DNA of 63,945 nucleotides, counting the filler, from Rhabdomonas costata (Eukaryota): assembly GCA_019059605.1 (NCBI GenBank). It is 17 parts of 17 records of this genome, joined end to end, with 100 filler letters (N's around TTAATTAATTAA, not from the genome) between each part and the next. Parts side by side here need not be neighbours in the genome. Positions count along the whole stretch, not along the records: positions 41,446 to 45,104 come from JAHMHO010000627.1; positions 45,205 to 48,859 come from JAHMHO010000628.1; positions 48,960 to 52,615 come from JAHMHO010000629.1; positions 52,716 to 56,445 come from JAHMHO010000630.1; 13 more parts are not named here. The stretch is one strand, 5' to 3'. Under the pieces are notes generated by a model. The model was not told where the DNA came from. It did no database searches and saw nothing but the letters and a program-made list of their open reading frames with translations. This document shows, one piece after another, positions 41,585 to 55,154 of this stretch. A program made the translations under genes and the position numbers. Position 1 is the first letter of the stretch. Each line of letters opens with the position of its first letter.

Positions 41585-44329
41585 GGAGCCCGGGGGTAAG
41601 GTCCACAACGTCGTCATCAAGGTAGTGAAGAAAAAGTACCAGGACAAGTACGAGGATGAGGTTGCCCCCTCCCCTCTCGCTGGACTGACGATTCCTGGCT
41701 TCCTGAAAGTGCAAGAGTGCACAACGGTGTCGAGGAGCTGGGTGAGCACATTAGGTTTTGGCACCCATTCTTATCCGCAGCTGAAGAAGTGGTGGCCAGT
41801 CCTCCCGAAAGCAATGACAGCTTCAGAAGCACCATAGAGGACCTCTGCTCACAACAGCAAGAAGACGAGGCGGTCAGCACCTCCTCCCGTCCCCTATAAA
41901 AGAGCGGGGACTGCAAGAGAGCTGGACCAAAAGCCCATTATTACCCATCTTTTCTTGCTCTGGGACCATTTTCGTGCCTTCCCCAGGGTCCTGATTATCT
42001 CATTATTTCAATGTCCCGATCATTTGATTGCTTTTCGCCCATTTTCGGCACATCAGTTTTTTTTCCCAAAATACGGTTACACATACAGATAGAAGTTAAA
42101 GTGGGGTACTTCGCTGTAGTATCATTTCTTTTTGGAGACCTCCCTCTGGCACAGGAGCAGGCCGGGATGAAAGCCCAGTTCAAGGCCATGGAGCTGGCGG
42201 AGCTTTACAACCAGAACCGCAACAAGAAGCAGAAGCGGGCGCGCATCACCTTCCTTCCGGTGTGGCTGCAGGATATGAGCTGCGAGGTCAAGGCGGACAA
42301 TGGAGATGTGCTGATCGCGAAAGGTCTGTGCCTGTGTTTTTGCTTTGTTGTTTAGGTGGTCCTCGCCCATCCTTGCAAACCCCAAAAGTTTATTTTTGCC
42401 GATGGTCTTACCAGCACGTGCAGCAAACGGGAACTGGGATGCACCTTTGGGAGGTGCATCGATCATTAAAGGGCTCCCCCATTCTTTTGAAATGGTTCGC
42501 TCACCGGTGGTTCTTTGCCTTCAAAATGTGAGAACCTCATTCCTGTCGTTTCGGTTGTTTTTGGTGGTCGCGAATCTCTGCCTATGCTTAGATATTCCAC
42601 ATGATTGGAGGACAATACTATATACAGACAACTCTTGGACGCTCCATCCTTTGGCACCCCCCACAGGTATCAGCAGAACCCATGTGGGATTGTCCCATTC
42701 CTCCTCCTTGGCTTTCGGGAGTTCTAACATCCTAAAGTCAATTTCTCTGCCTCACTCCGCAGTGGTCTCTTTTTTCTTCAGGGCAAAGAGTTGCCGTGGA
42801 GCCCTGGCTAGAGGGCGAGTACAAGAAGTACAGCTCCAATACGGGGTGGGTCACTCAGGAGCTGCTCACCCCTGGCGCTTTTGGGCACTTCACATGGTAC
42901 TGAAGTGTTTCTTACCTTCTTTCGTTCCTCTGAGGGAGGAAGGTGCGGTCTGCCTGCTCGTGTTTCCTTCTTTACAGGCATAAGACCCACGAGCTAGTAG
43001 TGTGCGACCTGCAGGTTTGCTGCGTGATATCTCCCCTTCGCCCGTTTTCAAAATGTTCCCACCGGATTACTCTTGTATTGCAGTGGTGTCTGTGGTATTC
43101 CAATGATTTTTGTGTTGGGACCGCCATTCCATCCGTTGTGGTTGCTCTTTTGTCTCACTGAAGCGCGCACGAGAAAAAAGAACAAAAAGGAAACGTCATC
43201 GAGTACCTTGCGGAAAAAAATTATTACACTCATCACTGCCCTCCCATGTCTCAGGGGGTGCACGTGTGGTCCACGGCAGCCAAGGAGGGACAGTTTCTGC
43301 TGACCGACCCTGCAGTGTGCTCCCTTAGCGAGGAGTACGGCATGAGTGACTTGGGTGTGCATACTTTCTGTTAACCCTGGATTGTGTCTTATGGCTGCTT
43401 CTTTTCAGAAATCTTCCAAGTCTGGAGGTTGCTGGAGACTTCATTGGGGCTGTGATCCGGCATCTCATTTAGATGCCTTAGAATCTGCGTGAGGCACGAA
43501 GGGCGTATTATGGTAATCTACACACTTTTTGGTCGGAACGGTTGGTCAAATCCAACTCATCCCCACTTGCCTTCCTTTTCTCACGAATTTCTCATCACTT
43601 GAACGTACGCGCATCCCATCTCTGTCTCTTCTCCAAGCCCCCGGAAGGGACATAGTTGTGCTTTCCCGAAGGTGCAAGACTGAATAGATTTTCGTGCTTC
43701 GTTTTTTGTAGGACAGGAGGGCATCGCGGCCTTCTTTAAGTACCATACTTGTGGACATATGTGCAAAGGTGTGCTTGCGGTTGTTGTGTCCGTTGCTTGA
43801 TGTGTTTGTGCGGGTTCTGTGTAGTTTGTGTACGTTTAGGAAGCGTGAAACTTGCCTAGGTTTTTTTTAGCATGAAATTACTTGGTGAGAACTGGCACAC
43901 ACAACTGAATGAGAACTAATGGTGGGCATGGAAAAAGGGGACAGTGGAGTTTGTGTTCGACAGTGCGTTGTGAAAGGAGGCGCAAAGCAAATGAAGGGTG
44001 CGCTAGGTAACCATCTCCGCCGTTGTGTCTTTGACTTTCTGTTGCGCTTGGGTGCCATCGAATGTCCTCCGCCACGCACCATCTCTGGCTTTGGCCGCAG
44101 GTTCGTCTACGATTCCTTCAGCTAATGCTGTGTCTCTCGCTCACCAAGGCTTAGGAACAAGATGATGTAGTTCTGCATTTCTGCCCGGGTCATTTTCCAT
44201 TCGACAGGGTTCATGCACGATCGGCCGGCCTTCAAGCACAAGCGCTGGGCCAAGCAGGAAACCACCACCGCGCAGGGGGAGGAGGACACCCCCACCCCCA
44301 CCCCGAAGAAGTCAATGCCTCCTCAGTGA
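41585..44329 (+). CDS. Alpha-kinase (MHCK/eEF2K-like), last seven exons
   Basis: VVIK..AQFKAMELAELYN..VEPWLEGEYKKYSSNTGWV..AFGHFTW..LVVCDLQGV..LTDPAV..YGMSDLGQEGIAAFFKYHTCGHMC. Confidence 0.95.
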
Positions 44330-45367
44330 GCTGTCTGCGACCGCACAATGTTTATTCGACGTCTCATCTCCAGCATCCGCAACAACCTCCCCAATACTGT
44401 CCTTCCATGCCTCGCGTCTTTCCCTCCTGTTCAGGGAACCCACTTGCGCATGACTGGCCCATCCGCCTGCTTTTTTTGTTCAACGTATCGGGTGTCCGGG
44501 GTGGGGTTTGACGACCAGCAACTCCTTTCTTGTGCATGGAAGTGACTTGACCTTTGGATTGGAAACGTATATCCTCACGCCGGGAATCTCCTGTTTTCCA
44601 TGCTTCCTTCCGGAGGACGGTGAGACCAACCGGCCCATGGCTGAACAGCTATCGGTGCATTGTCTTGCTTGCTTCTTGCCACTTTCCCTTTTCCCTTGCG
44701 CCTGTACTTGAACTGACTTTCAACTCATGGACTGAAGTGTGGCTGCTATACGAGCGAATCGTTTTGTGAACGCTTTCGTGGCGAAGATAAGTCAAAGTGA
44801 AGTTATGATCGGTCCCGTTCTTCATATTCCCGCGAGTTTTGCGCACGATTGATGAGCCATGGGCAATTTTAGACGCAACAATCATCGTGGAGCATTCACC
44901 AAAATTATCAGGCGCTTTTGCATCCTACTAGTCCCTTCCAATTAGAGAGAAGCAAGAAAGCGCGACCTTGTCAGTTCTGAATAGCACTGCTTCGCACTCC
45001 GCTGCAGTCCTTAAGTTCTCCAACCAGTCTACCCCAATTCGGTCACGACTAATTGGATGCAAAGGCGGATGTTCAAGTTCGCAAACTTGGAAATACACAA
45101 ACCCNNNNNNNNNNNNNNNNNNNNNNNNNNNNNNNNNNNNNNNNNNNNTTAATTAATTAANNNNNNNNNNNNNNNNNNNNNNNNNNNNNNNNNNNNNNNN
45201 NNNNGTGTGTGTGTTGCCTTCGTTTTCTGTGATGTTATGAATCGTTCGCCCTGTTTGCCCCTCAGTGGGAATGCAATGAATGTGGTGCTCGAGCCGTGAG
45301 GGAAAGTGAGTTTTTGCCTCTCTGTGTGTGTATCTGTTTGAAGCGTTGGCCAACCACCCCCGTGGCA

Positions 45368-48300
45368 ATGAGTGGAGCCCCGCTTGTACTGAGGGTGGGC
45401 CACCCCATTCATGTCGGGAGCCACACTCTGACCCCAGTGAAGCTGGTGGGTACGGGCGCCTATAGCACAGTATGGTGCTGTAAGGACGGCCGTGGGGGTG
45501 CAAAGGTCTTCCAAGGGAGAAGAGGAGGGGCAACAGACCACACACACAAACATGGAAGTTACTTTCGCGTTAATTGCATCGCCACGCCGACGTCCTTACC
45601 AAGGCTCACCAATCTCTGTTGCAGTTGTTGGTCACCGGTGCAGTAGAACCAATTTGCTTTGAACGAATAGATGAAAGTATTTTCTACGTGCATTTTGGGG
45701 CATTTTTGTCACGGAAAGTGCCCCCATGTCACTGCAGCAACAGAGGACCGCACGGATTCAAAAGCATGAGTGATGCAGCAGCATGAACAATGAAAGGAAC
45801 AGAAGAGATGACTGAAAACAGCGCAACTTCGGAAGATACCATGCCGAAGACAACAAAATATATCCAGGGAACACGAGGCAAAGTCTTGGGGAGAGAAAGA
45901 GAGAGAGGAATCATTGGAGCCTCTCTCTCCATTTTCGGTTTGTCTTTTTCTGCGCTGGGTTTTCTGACGCTTCGGCGTGTTTCTGTCTCATTTTCTCTCT
46001 CGAAGGTTGCGGCGAAGGTCACCTCTGTGGCAGAGGCAGACGCCAGGCTTCGCGCCGAGGCTGAGGTGCAGCTGCTGCGTGCCCACCCCCACCGCAACAT
46101 CGTGGGCTACATCGACCACCACCTCAGCACAGGCCGCCAGAAGGACTGCTGGCAGGTGGCCAGATTTTGCTCCCCTCCCCCCTTGCTCCCTTCGGCACCG
46201 TCCCCAGGAATTGCCCTGTTCCAGTCGGATAGAATACAGCGTCCAGTCTCCGGCACAACGCAGCACAAAAGCACAAAGGTGGAATTCCGGGAAGAAGGCG
46301 CGGACTTGACAAATCGGAAACTATTTACATGTGAGGGACACCTTTTAGTATGGGGGCTGCTGCTGCTTTGCAAGAAATGAACTGCAGGTTGGCCACCGCT
46401 AACGACGTGGCTGGGTACGTGAATCGTGTCGAGATACCAATTGCTGTGGTAAGTTTGCTTGGGCTTTCGTGCGGCTTGTTGTGCTGTATTGACAATGTCC
46501 CAAAGTTGCCCGAACTCTTGTTTGTTTGGTTAATTTGATGCGTTCTTTCACGTCTCACGCTTTGTCGAAGCTTTTACATTGTTCACAGTTATCGATAGGC
46601 TCAGAAGCCTATCACAATGCCGGTGATTTTGCGGCATTTTTTTTTGGTCCTAACTCGAAAACTTGGTTTGGGTCTTTGTGATGAGCAATCCTGGCAACTT
46701 GCTGGCGAAATGTCTGTGCACAGGTTGTGCTTGTGGTGGAGTACGCGGAGCAGTCCCTTTTCTCCGTGATGCGGACGATGAGCCGAGCCTCTCAGCGGTT
46801 TTCCGAGGCCGAGGTGCTGGCGATCCTGAATGACGTCATTCTTGCACTGTGTCACCTCCACGGACTGGACCCGCCTGTTGCTCACCGGGACCTGAAGGTC
46901 GAGAACATTCTGGTGTGCCTACGCGCGGAAGTGTGGTTATGGGTATGAAGGTTGACCGATAGTCACTCCGTCATCGATTGGGGACCAGCATTTTGTGCCT
47001 GCGGGGGGGGGGGGTGAGCGTGATTTCGTTCAGAACAAGCCCACCCTCCAACATCCCAACATCCGCACGTTTTTGTTCATCTTTTCTCAGCTCCTCGCTT
47101 TTGTTCGCGTTGCTTGAATACCTTTAGCTGCTTCGATTTTTTCCATCTCACACAGGAGCGCGGTAGTGCTTAAAATATGTTCAACTCCATATATTCTGCT
47201 CGATTGCGATATTCATTCTTATCACAACGCCAAACAGGAAATTTCGGGCTGACTTGGACTGATGTCATTTGCTTGCTTTTCATTTTGGTCTCATGTTCTT
47301 TTTGGCCGAGAAATTATTCATTTTCTCTGTGCAGATCTTCAAGAGCGCACAGTCTCCGCCTTCCGCAGCGGTGTACAAGCTGTGCGACATGGGTTCGTGC
47401 ACCACAGTTGTGCACCACCCAAAGAACGCCACGGTATTGGGGGGGCTTCTCTCTCTTCGCCTGCAGCGTAAATTGGAAAGGATGGAATTCTCGCGGGAGC
47501 TTTTTCCATTCGATGATCTCCGGACTGTACCTTGTTTTGGGATTGCAAGCTTGTGTGCTCGCGCGCCCAGGAGAGAGGGGTTGCCGAGGAGGACATTGAG
47601 CACAACACCACCATGCTATATCGTGCCCCAGAGATGATCGACTTATTCATGAAGAAAAGAATCAACGAAAAGGTCCTTGCCTATACTATACTCCTCAAAT
47701 GCTTTGAGTCGCCGAGGTAAAATCTTTCCTGACCCGCAAAGTCTTTATTTAATTCCCTTTATCTGGTGCTTGCTTTCCCAAAAGGTTTCGACGCGACCCT
47801 TTGCACTTAAGGACACACTGCGAGCTATCGCTGCGGGCGCTTTGGAATGCTCCTCAGGAGTACAGCGCACGGAACCCTGACCTATGATTGGGCTTGATCA
47901 CAACCCACAGGCGGACATCTGGGCCTTCGGTGTGCTGACCTTCTACTTGATGTACTTCCAGCGTGCGAGTGCATGCGCTGTTTTCACTTCATCTTAACAG
48001 AGCCCGCGAGCTCCCTTTTGGCTCTAGTGTGGGTCCGAGCGCACCATTTCAGTCTTTATCTGGTTTGGTTGGGGGTGAAGGTGTCAATTGCACACGCCGG
48101 AATGATTGTCACGTGCTTCGTCCTTCGCCGTCTTTCCCGTGATCCTGAGACTCCCCCTATCCAAGTCTCATTATGATGTTCTTCCGTGGATAAAAGCAAC
48201 TCCCCAACGTTCACAGACGAAGCAGCAACGGCCGTCATCGAGCTCAGGCACAGGCTTAGCAGATATTTCTGGAGTCATTTTCTCAAGGTCACATGAGCCG

Positions 48301-48535
48301 TCTTTAAATAGTATTTCACGTTTTGCTTTCGGTTATGGCATCTTTGGCCTTGTAGAAGGTGAAGGGATTCGGTTGAGGATGGGGGGGGGCTCAGATTCTC
48401 TCTGGAAAGTACCGCGCCCCAGCTCCCAAGCGCGGTGTGCCATCGTCGTACTCTTCGGAGCTGCTGGTGCTGCTGGCACGGTGTCTCACCGTGGACTGCG
48501 ACGCCCGTCCCGACGCCTGGGATGTAGCCCAGCTG
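45368..48535 (+). CDS. NAK-family (AAK1/GAK-like) protein kinase, N-terminal exons
   Basis: VGTGAYSTVW..HRNIVGY..PPVAHRDLKVENIL..YKLCDMGS..EEDIEHNTTMLYRAPEMIDL..INEKADIWAFG..ILSGKY; one junction (47963-48394) unresolved. Confidence 0.93.
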
Positions 48536-50070
48536 GTATGCGTAAGTTCCTTTTCGTAAGTGTATTTGTTAGCATATTAGCGTGTAAGTTCTCTTTTTGT
48601 CGTTCTCGGGGGTCTCCTCTCTGCGGGCCTCCGGACTCGCATCAATCAACAGGCGTTTACCTGGACCTCGGAAATAGGGGGGGGGGCTCAAGTCTTCACC
48701 CTGTTCGCTGGGTGAGTTTCGACATCGGCAACCATGCGACCGGAGCCGGACTGGAGCGGGGACCTGGCATGGATATCATAACTCGAGCTAGGTTGGCTGC
48801 TTGCGACCCATACTTGAAGGGATGCGAATTCCTGAATCTGGGCTAGCCTCCACACACCCNNNNNNNNNNNNNNNNNNNNNNNNNNNNNNNNNNNNNNNNN
48901 NNNTTAATTAATTAANNNNNNNNNNNNNNNNNNNNNNNNNNNNNNNNNNNNNNNNNNNNCTGCTTTGGGCAAAACTGTCCCCGTACCAGCAGTTTTGGGT
49001 GCATACTACAATAAGCCAACATAACATTATACCCTCCCGCGCACGCACAAAAAGGAAGAAATAAACTTAGAGGCAACTTCATGCGTCCACAACCCACCAA
49101 TACACCAACCACCACCACATGACCTCATACCAGAATACATGGAAACCACCCTCCAGGCCCACTGGTAAAGGACAAATACATTTCCAGTTGTGTGCGAATT
49201 GGTGCTATATTTACGGAAACAGACTCGTTGTTTCGGAGGGTAAGGGCGTGTGCGAGGAAAAATGATACAGGCAATCATATTTATAGTACTACCGTAAAGG
49301 TATGGTTGACAAAATTATTTGACAAATAAAATTTGGCTTCATTGAACGTCTTGCGCTTTTATTAATCAGTAAAATCATGTTGGGGGCATAGCGTGCCGAA
49401 AGGGTTCTTCCCGAAAGCCCTCCCCACGCAACAGCCCGAGCAGAGCATTTCGCGGGGGCGGGTTGCCGTTTTGGGCGTGCACGCCACAACGCTCCACACA
49501 GCGGAGGTTGAACCCTCCCTTCTCCCGGTCCTCCTGGTCCACGGGCGGCAATTTATGCATCCCGGGCGCGCCGCGCCCCAAAAGGCCACGCTGTCGTAAC
49601 GACCGCCAAAAAAGGGACGGCGACGGTCGCGAAAAGCGCCGGCCGGGGCGACGACCCATGCAAGTCTTCATGATCAAAAAACGCGGTCGGGCGCCCGAGG
49701 ACCTCTGCATGAACCGGCTGAAACCGGGGCAACGATAGAGCACCAACTTTGCTACAAGCCGCACACCCAACCAATTGCTAGGAAATAGCCTTGAGATTGG
49801 ATATAGGAACCCAACCAACCAGTACAAAAAGGGCACACAAGTCACAATTGACTTCTGGAACATTTTCTCCGGTTGATTTCCTGCCGGGGCGCGTTTTTGT
49901 GGAACGCCCTGAAGTAGGTTGTGACGTTCGAACACGTCCATTCAATAGCCGGTCAAAGGGATAATCAACGAGGGCCATCTAATGGCTGGCGGGTTGAACG
50001 GGTTCAAACGGGTTCAAACGTAAAGAGCTGCGATAAAAGTGAATACAACAAGTGATAAAAAATGGGACAA

Positions 50071-52590
50071 TTACGCGTCGCTTAGTGTGCCTACAATACA
50101 GTCCGATCCGTGTTTGGTGAGCATCTCTGGTTCGTGAATCAGAGAATACTCGAGAGTGGCGTCCTTCCCTGCAAAGGCCAGCAGTGCTGGCTCGCCACCG
50201 GGATGTCGCGGAGCAAACTGCGAGGCGTCGATGACCTATGAGGGACGGGGGGTACACGTACATATCTTTCACTGGATGAGGGGCATCCTGCAGGAAGTTA
50301 TCAGTCTGCGTTTCACTTCCTAACCGGAACGGAAGGCTCATCATTCCGAAAAATCACTATTGCAATCGTAAACACAGTGCGAGCCACAGTCATACAGTCA
50401 TAGAGTCATGCAAACCTCCAGCTGCAAACTTACCACGACTGAAATCCTTCGATATAATTTGACATCATTTGCTTCCACTTTTTCTTCTTTGGGAGCAACA
50501 CATGACCATTGCGAACGAGTACAAAGCTCTAAATACGCCCCAGCATAAAGCTCGGAATATGCCCGAGCACGCGCAGCAGGACAAAAAGCAATATGACTGG
50601 GAGTATGAGTGGTACCAGGTTGCCGATTATGATCCACGCGTCCTCCTTGGAGCAGTGTCGCGCAACCTCCGCTCGGTTAATCTTTCGCAGCTCCTTTGCA
50701 GGCTCAGAAGCACCTTGCTTGAAGGGACTGGGCGGCTGAGGTGGCTCCACGGAGCTCAAGTGGCTCACAATCGTGCTCAGGCGGCCTGAGGCGGGGCAGA
50801 GCAAGTTATTTTTTCTTTAAAAAGGCAACCACCCTTCAGTGGAGAGGTGAATCCAGTGAACTCAATGAAAAACGGTAAACTCTACCCATTCCCGTCGACA
50901 AGCGCTGAGAGCGAATGCTCTGGCATGAGAGAATCACCTGTTCAAGTCAGTCTGGACAGGTTGAGGATTGCGGACTGGAGATTCACGTATGTTGCGATGA
51001 ATACGAGACCATGCGGTATTGCACGAGCCCCCCCCCAGAAAACAAATTAAGTCGTCAGATATGGAACATTCAGAGAGGTTCCATCTCTCATACCTCAAAC
51101 ATCATACCAAAGGTGGTTTTGACAGGTGCTGATCTCCCCTCTCCCCATTCCCTCCACCATTCACTCAGACCAGCACTGGAGGAAGACGAGGAGGAGGAGA
51201 AGGAGGCAAGAGCGGCATGCAGCAGCCGTGCTGCCGCGGCCGCACCCGCCGCCCGCCCGAACACCACGCAATCCAGAAGGGAATTTCCGCCCAGGCGATT
51301 AGCCCCGTGTACCCCGCCAGCGACCTCCCCTGCGGCGTACAGGCCGGGGATCGGGTCACCAGTGCTGCCGGTGCTGCGCAGGACTTCCGCGCGGGCATTG
51401 ACCTCCAGCTGAGGCAAGGAAAGATGGGTGCATTAGGAAGTCAGTGGTAATGGGTGAGGAAAGGCGGCACCACTGCACACTGCAAGAGGGATTAAGTGGC
51501 AAAAGACGAATTGCATACGTTTTGTCTCACGCTCAAGACAGTTTTTTCCGTGAAGGTGCTGGAGATAACATGACGTATGAAGACAGGTTTAAGGGGGGGC
51601 ATACCCCAGCCATGGTGTAGTGAAGCACCGGAGTGACTACCGCGACGTACAGGGGGTTTTCCATGCGGTACGGGGCACCCTGGAAGTGCTGCTTCCCAAA
51701 CGGGCAGGACCTGGTCCGCGCTGCGCGGTTGTAGTCCTGTTAGAGGAGAAAGCGAAAGAACTGGATCGCAGCATGAGCTGCTTCATTTATACCCAACCCT
51801 TAGATTTCTACAAGACGGCAGACGGATGCCACAAGCAGCGCACTCTCCTCCATTAAGACAGCAAAACTTTCCAGTTTGCGGTGGTTTATATACTACATGG
51901 TATCTTATATATCTCCATTTCTCCGGAATCGAACAAGAGAAGAGTCTGGGGTTTAGCCTTCGGTGCTCTCTTCGGATTTATTTTGGAGAACGTGTGTGCG
52001 TGAAACCTCAAAGGTCTGCCGCAGCTTTGCAGGGGGAATGCCCATTTCTGCCGCCAGGGCGGCCCCATCGGGGAGGTGCTTCATCACCCCACGGCCGCAG
52101 TAGTGCGTGCAGTGCCACTGCGTCTTCCCGCTGGCCTCCGGGCCCAGCACTAGCCGGTACGGAGGACGGCCAACGGCCCACATCCGACCTACACACACAC
52201 ACACCCTCCCAAATAAATAGGCACACAAACAGATTCGCAAGTGCAAAGGGAACTGTCGCGCCAACAATACCCAACAACACCAACACCCATCTTTGTTCTA
52301 GGACTGCCCCCACCTCAGGAGACCTTCAGCGGAGACACTCCAGACTCCGCGCTGGCGTTCGTATCCCGATCAGTAACCCGAGCAACCCGAGCTTTGACCC
52401 ACACTGTGGATATTGCGAGGATAGTTTCTAAGAGGATGATCCAAAGTGTGCGGCGGACCCCCTCTGCGTCAGACTCCGAGGGAACGCGTGCACACACACA
52501 CATACCAGTGACCACGTCTCGCTTGGCGAGCTCGTCGACAAACCTCTCCCCGTCTGCGGTCAGCAAAAGGCCTCCTGAACCCCGAAGGGC
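50071..52590 (-). CDS. Soluble FAD-dependent fumarate reductase (Osm1/flavocytochrome-c type) with C-terminal cytochrome b5 domain, last six exons
   Basis: [62 protein letters not shown], then [30 protein letters not shown]. Confidence 0.95.
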
Positions 52591-52809
52591 CCCAAAACCC
52601 CCAAACACACCCACANNNNNNNNNNNNNNNNNNNNNNNNNNNNNNNNNNNNNNNNNNNNTTAATTAATTAANNNNNNNNNNNNNNNNNNNNNNNNNNNNN
52701 NNNNNNNNNNNNNNNTTTTTGTGGGGCTTTTCCAGGATGTCTTGGATCCTAGGTATTGACGGGAAAAAAGATTTACGTACATTTTTCGTTCTCCGTGTAT
52801 AATGCCTAT

Positions 52810-52939
52810 AATGGGGTATTATAGCCATTATAGTATAAGCGATAATACCATACATTACAGCGTATAATAATATTACACGGCCCGTATAATACCATTATAG
52901 TATAATGATATTATAGTATAATGGCTATAATACCCCATT
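52810..52939. repeat. AT-rich intronic inverted repeat (23-bp perfect arms) built of TATAAT-like units
   Basis: aatggggtattatagccattata (52810-52832) is the reverse complement of 52917-52939. Confidence 0.85.
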
Positions 52940-52996
52940 TTACGCCCCCCCCCCCAAGTATCATTTCACCGAGGTATGAAGAAATGAAGAGAGGAC

Positions 52997-55005
52997 CTGG
53001 GCCATTCGTCGGTAGTCTCCTCCACGGTCCATCAGCTCCGTGTGGGTGCCAATCTCTGACACGTAGGACCCCTCGACCGCCATATCTGCAAGCGGCCCAG
53101 GGTGAGCGTGTGGAGTGGAGCGGAGTGGGGGTGGGGTGGGGAGTTAAGGATGTGCAATCCACAAATACAGCAAACAAAAAACGGACAGGTACAGGGGAGC
53201 GCCATGCCCAGATCTGTGTCCGTGCGACGACGAGGCTTAATGAACGCGATGCAGTCCGCATCACGCACAGTGGCCAACCGATGAGCAATGACCTGAGAGA
53301 GCAAGGCATTGGGGGAGAGAGAAAGATTGAGATTGGGGTCTGAGGAAGCTGGAATCGGAAAACCACTCTAAGCCCCAATTCAAAAGCAAAAAGTCACAGT
53401 ACAAAAGATCAGGTAAAGGTATCTCGAAAATGGCCAACATCTCCAAAGTTTGCCTGGTGTTTCCATCTAAGTCGCCTTGTGTTGTTATGTGCTGAACCCG
53501 AAACTCGGTCTTTTGTGAGGTGAACGCAGGTGCTTGCTAACTCTCGGTGGCGTGGAACTGCGTTATGCGTCCGGGTCGGTCTCTAGTGTGCGGCGCCTCA
53601 ACAGTGCACCACAGGTCCGGAAAATCGTGGGACAGGTTGCGAAATGTCACCTTCGAACTCCAAGGGTCGGAAATGGAGGTTCTGAAGCTCACAAATGACC
53701 CATATGAAGCAGCCTAGGTTGTGTCTGGTGTCGGGAACAAAGGCCTGCTAGCATCACATATGGAGGCTGGAGGGCCTATCGACCTGTGTGTGTGTGTGCG
53801 GAGGGGGTACGCACACCACAACAGTACGGCCCCTCATCAGTGTACCCAACGCCTTCTGAACCAATCTTTCGCTGTCCCGGTCCTGCGAGGAGTCAGTCAT
53901 ACAAACCCTCCACGCAGGAAGCAGGTCAAGAGGTAAGAACGCAAACACAACACACAAACATGAAGCACACACACTCGCTGGTCTGAAAACCGCAAAGACA
54001 TCCTATGCGCACATGNNNNNNNNNNNNNNNNNNNNNNNNNNNNNNNNNNNNNNNNNNNNNNNNNNNNNNNNNNNNNNNNNNNNNNNNNNNNNNNNNNNNN
54101 NNNNNNNNNNNNNNNNNNNNNNNNNNNNNNNNNNNNNNNNNNNNNNNNNNNNNNNNNNNNNNNNNNNNNNNNNNNNNNNNNNNNNNNNNNNNNNNNNNNN
54201 NNNNNNNNNNNNNNNNNNNNNNNNNNNNNNNNNNNNNNNNNNNNNNNNNNNNNNNNNNNNNNNNNNNNNNNNNNNNNNNNNNNNNNNNNNNNNNNNNNNN
54301 NNNNNNNNNNNNNNNNNNNNNNNNNNNNNNNNNNNNNNNNNNNNNNNNNNNNNNNNNNNNNNNNNNNNNNNNNNNNNNNNNNNNNNNNNNNNNNNNNNNN
54401 NNNNNNNNNNNNNNNNNNNNNNNNNNNNNNNNNNNNNNNNNNNNNNNNNNNNNNNNNNNNNNNNNNNNNNNNNNNNNNNNNNNNNNNNNNNNNNNNNNNN
54501 NNNNNNNNNNNNNNNNNNNNNNNNNNNNNNNNNNNNNCCATCGTTTTTCCGCAGCGGACCAAGTAACAGGGTGAGGAATGATGGGAGGCCAAGCCTCCAT
54601 TTTTGGGACAGCTGGAACTCACACGGCTCGAAGGTTAGCGGGAGGGGCTGTAAGGGCTGTATGGGTGTTTTCACCTCGATCAGACGGGTCCAAAATCCCC
54701 AAAATCGCTGTAAAATAGCCTTGGAATCTTTGTCCTGAAGGGGACGGCCACTGCTGGAGGCCACTGCTTTGCGTAGATCTGCCATCGCTGCACTGAGGAA
54801 GCCTTGCCACGGCTACCCGCAAGTCGTCGGTAGGAACTGCAGCTTCTATGGAAAGTCCCAGGCTGGGCTGGAGAGGAATCCAAGGGCAGATGCGGTGAAG
54901 GCCACCCCGGCCCATCGTCTTGCCGTGTGTCATCCCAGACCTCCCATCCGCACTGGTAGGCCGGCATGCTGCCAAACATTGCAGTCCATGGGTTCCCCGA
55001 CCACC

Positions 55006-55041
<36 letters not shown>

Positions 55042-55154
55042 AGCGCACTCGTGGCCTCGTCCAGCAAAAGCACCCGCGGGTTCTTCACGATGGCCCGGGC
55101 AATGCACACCCGCTGCTTCTGCCCCCCACTCAGCTGAGAGCCCGCCTCGCCGAC
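52997..55154 (-). CDS. ABCB (P-glycoprotein/MDR-type) transporter NBD exons
   Basis: [77 protein letters not shown]. Confidence 0.95.
55007..55040. repeat. (CA)n microsatellite that forms the ABCB intron donor (GTGTGT... on minus)
   Basis: Pure dinucleotide run abutting the exon end. Confidence 0.97.

Noticed and set aside
47963..48394. Non-conventional (non-GT-AG) intron in the NAK kinase
   Set aside because: 48367-48394 reads as a corrupted HPFEDG..QIL with a mis-sized G run and a lost AG, which points to low-quality consensus. The CAG/CTG paired-end pattern of euglenid non-conventional introns is absent.
53897..54785. Long ORFs of 189-260 aa in the ORF track
   Set aside because: They are read through the 522-N gap.
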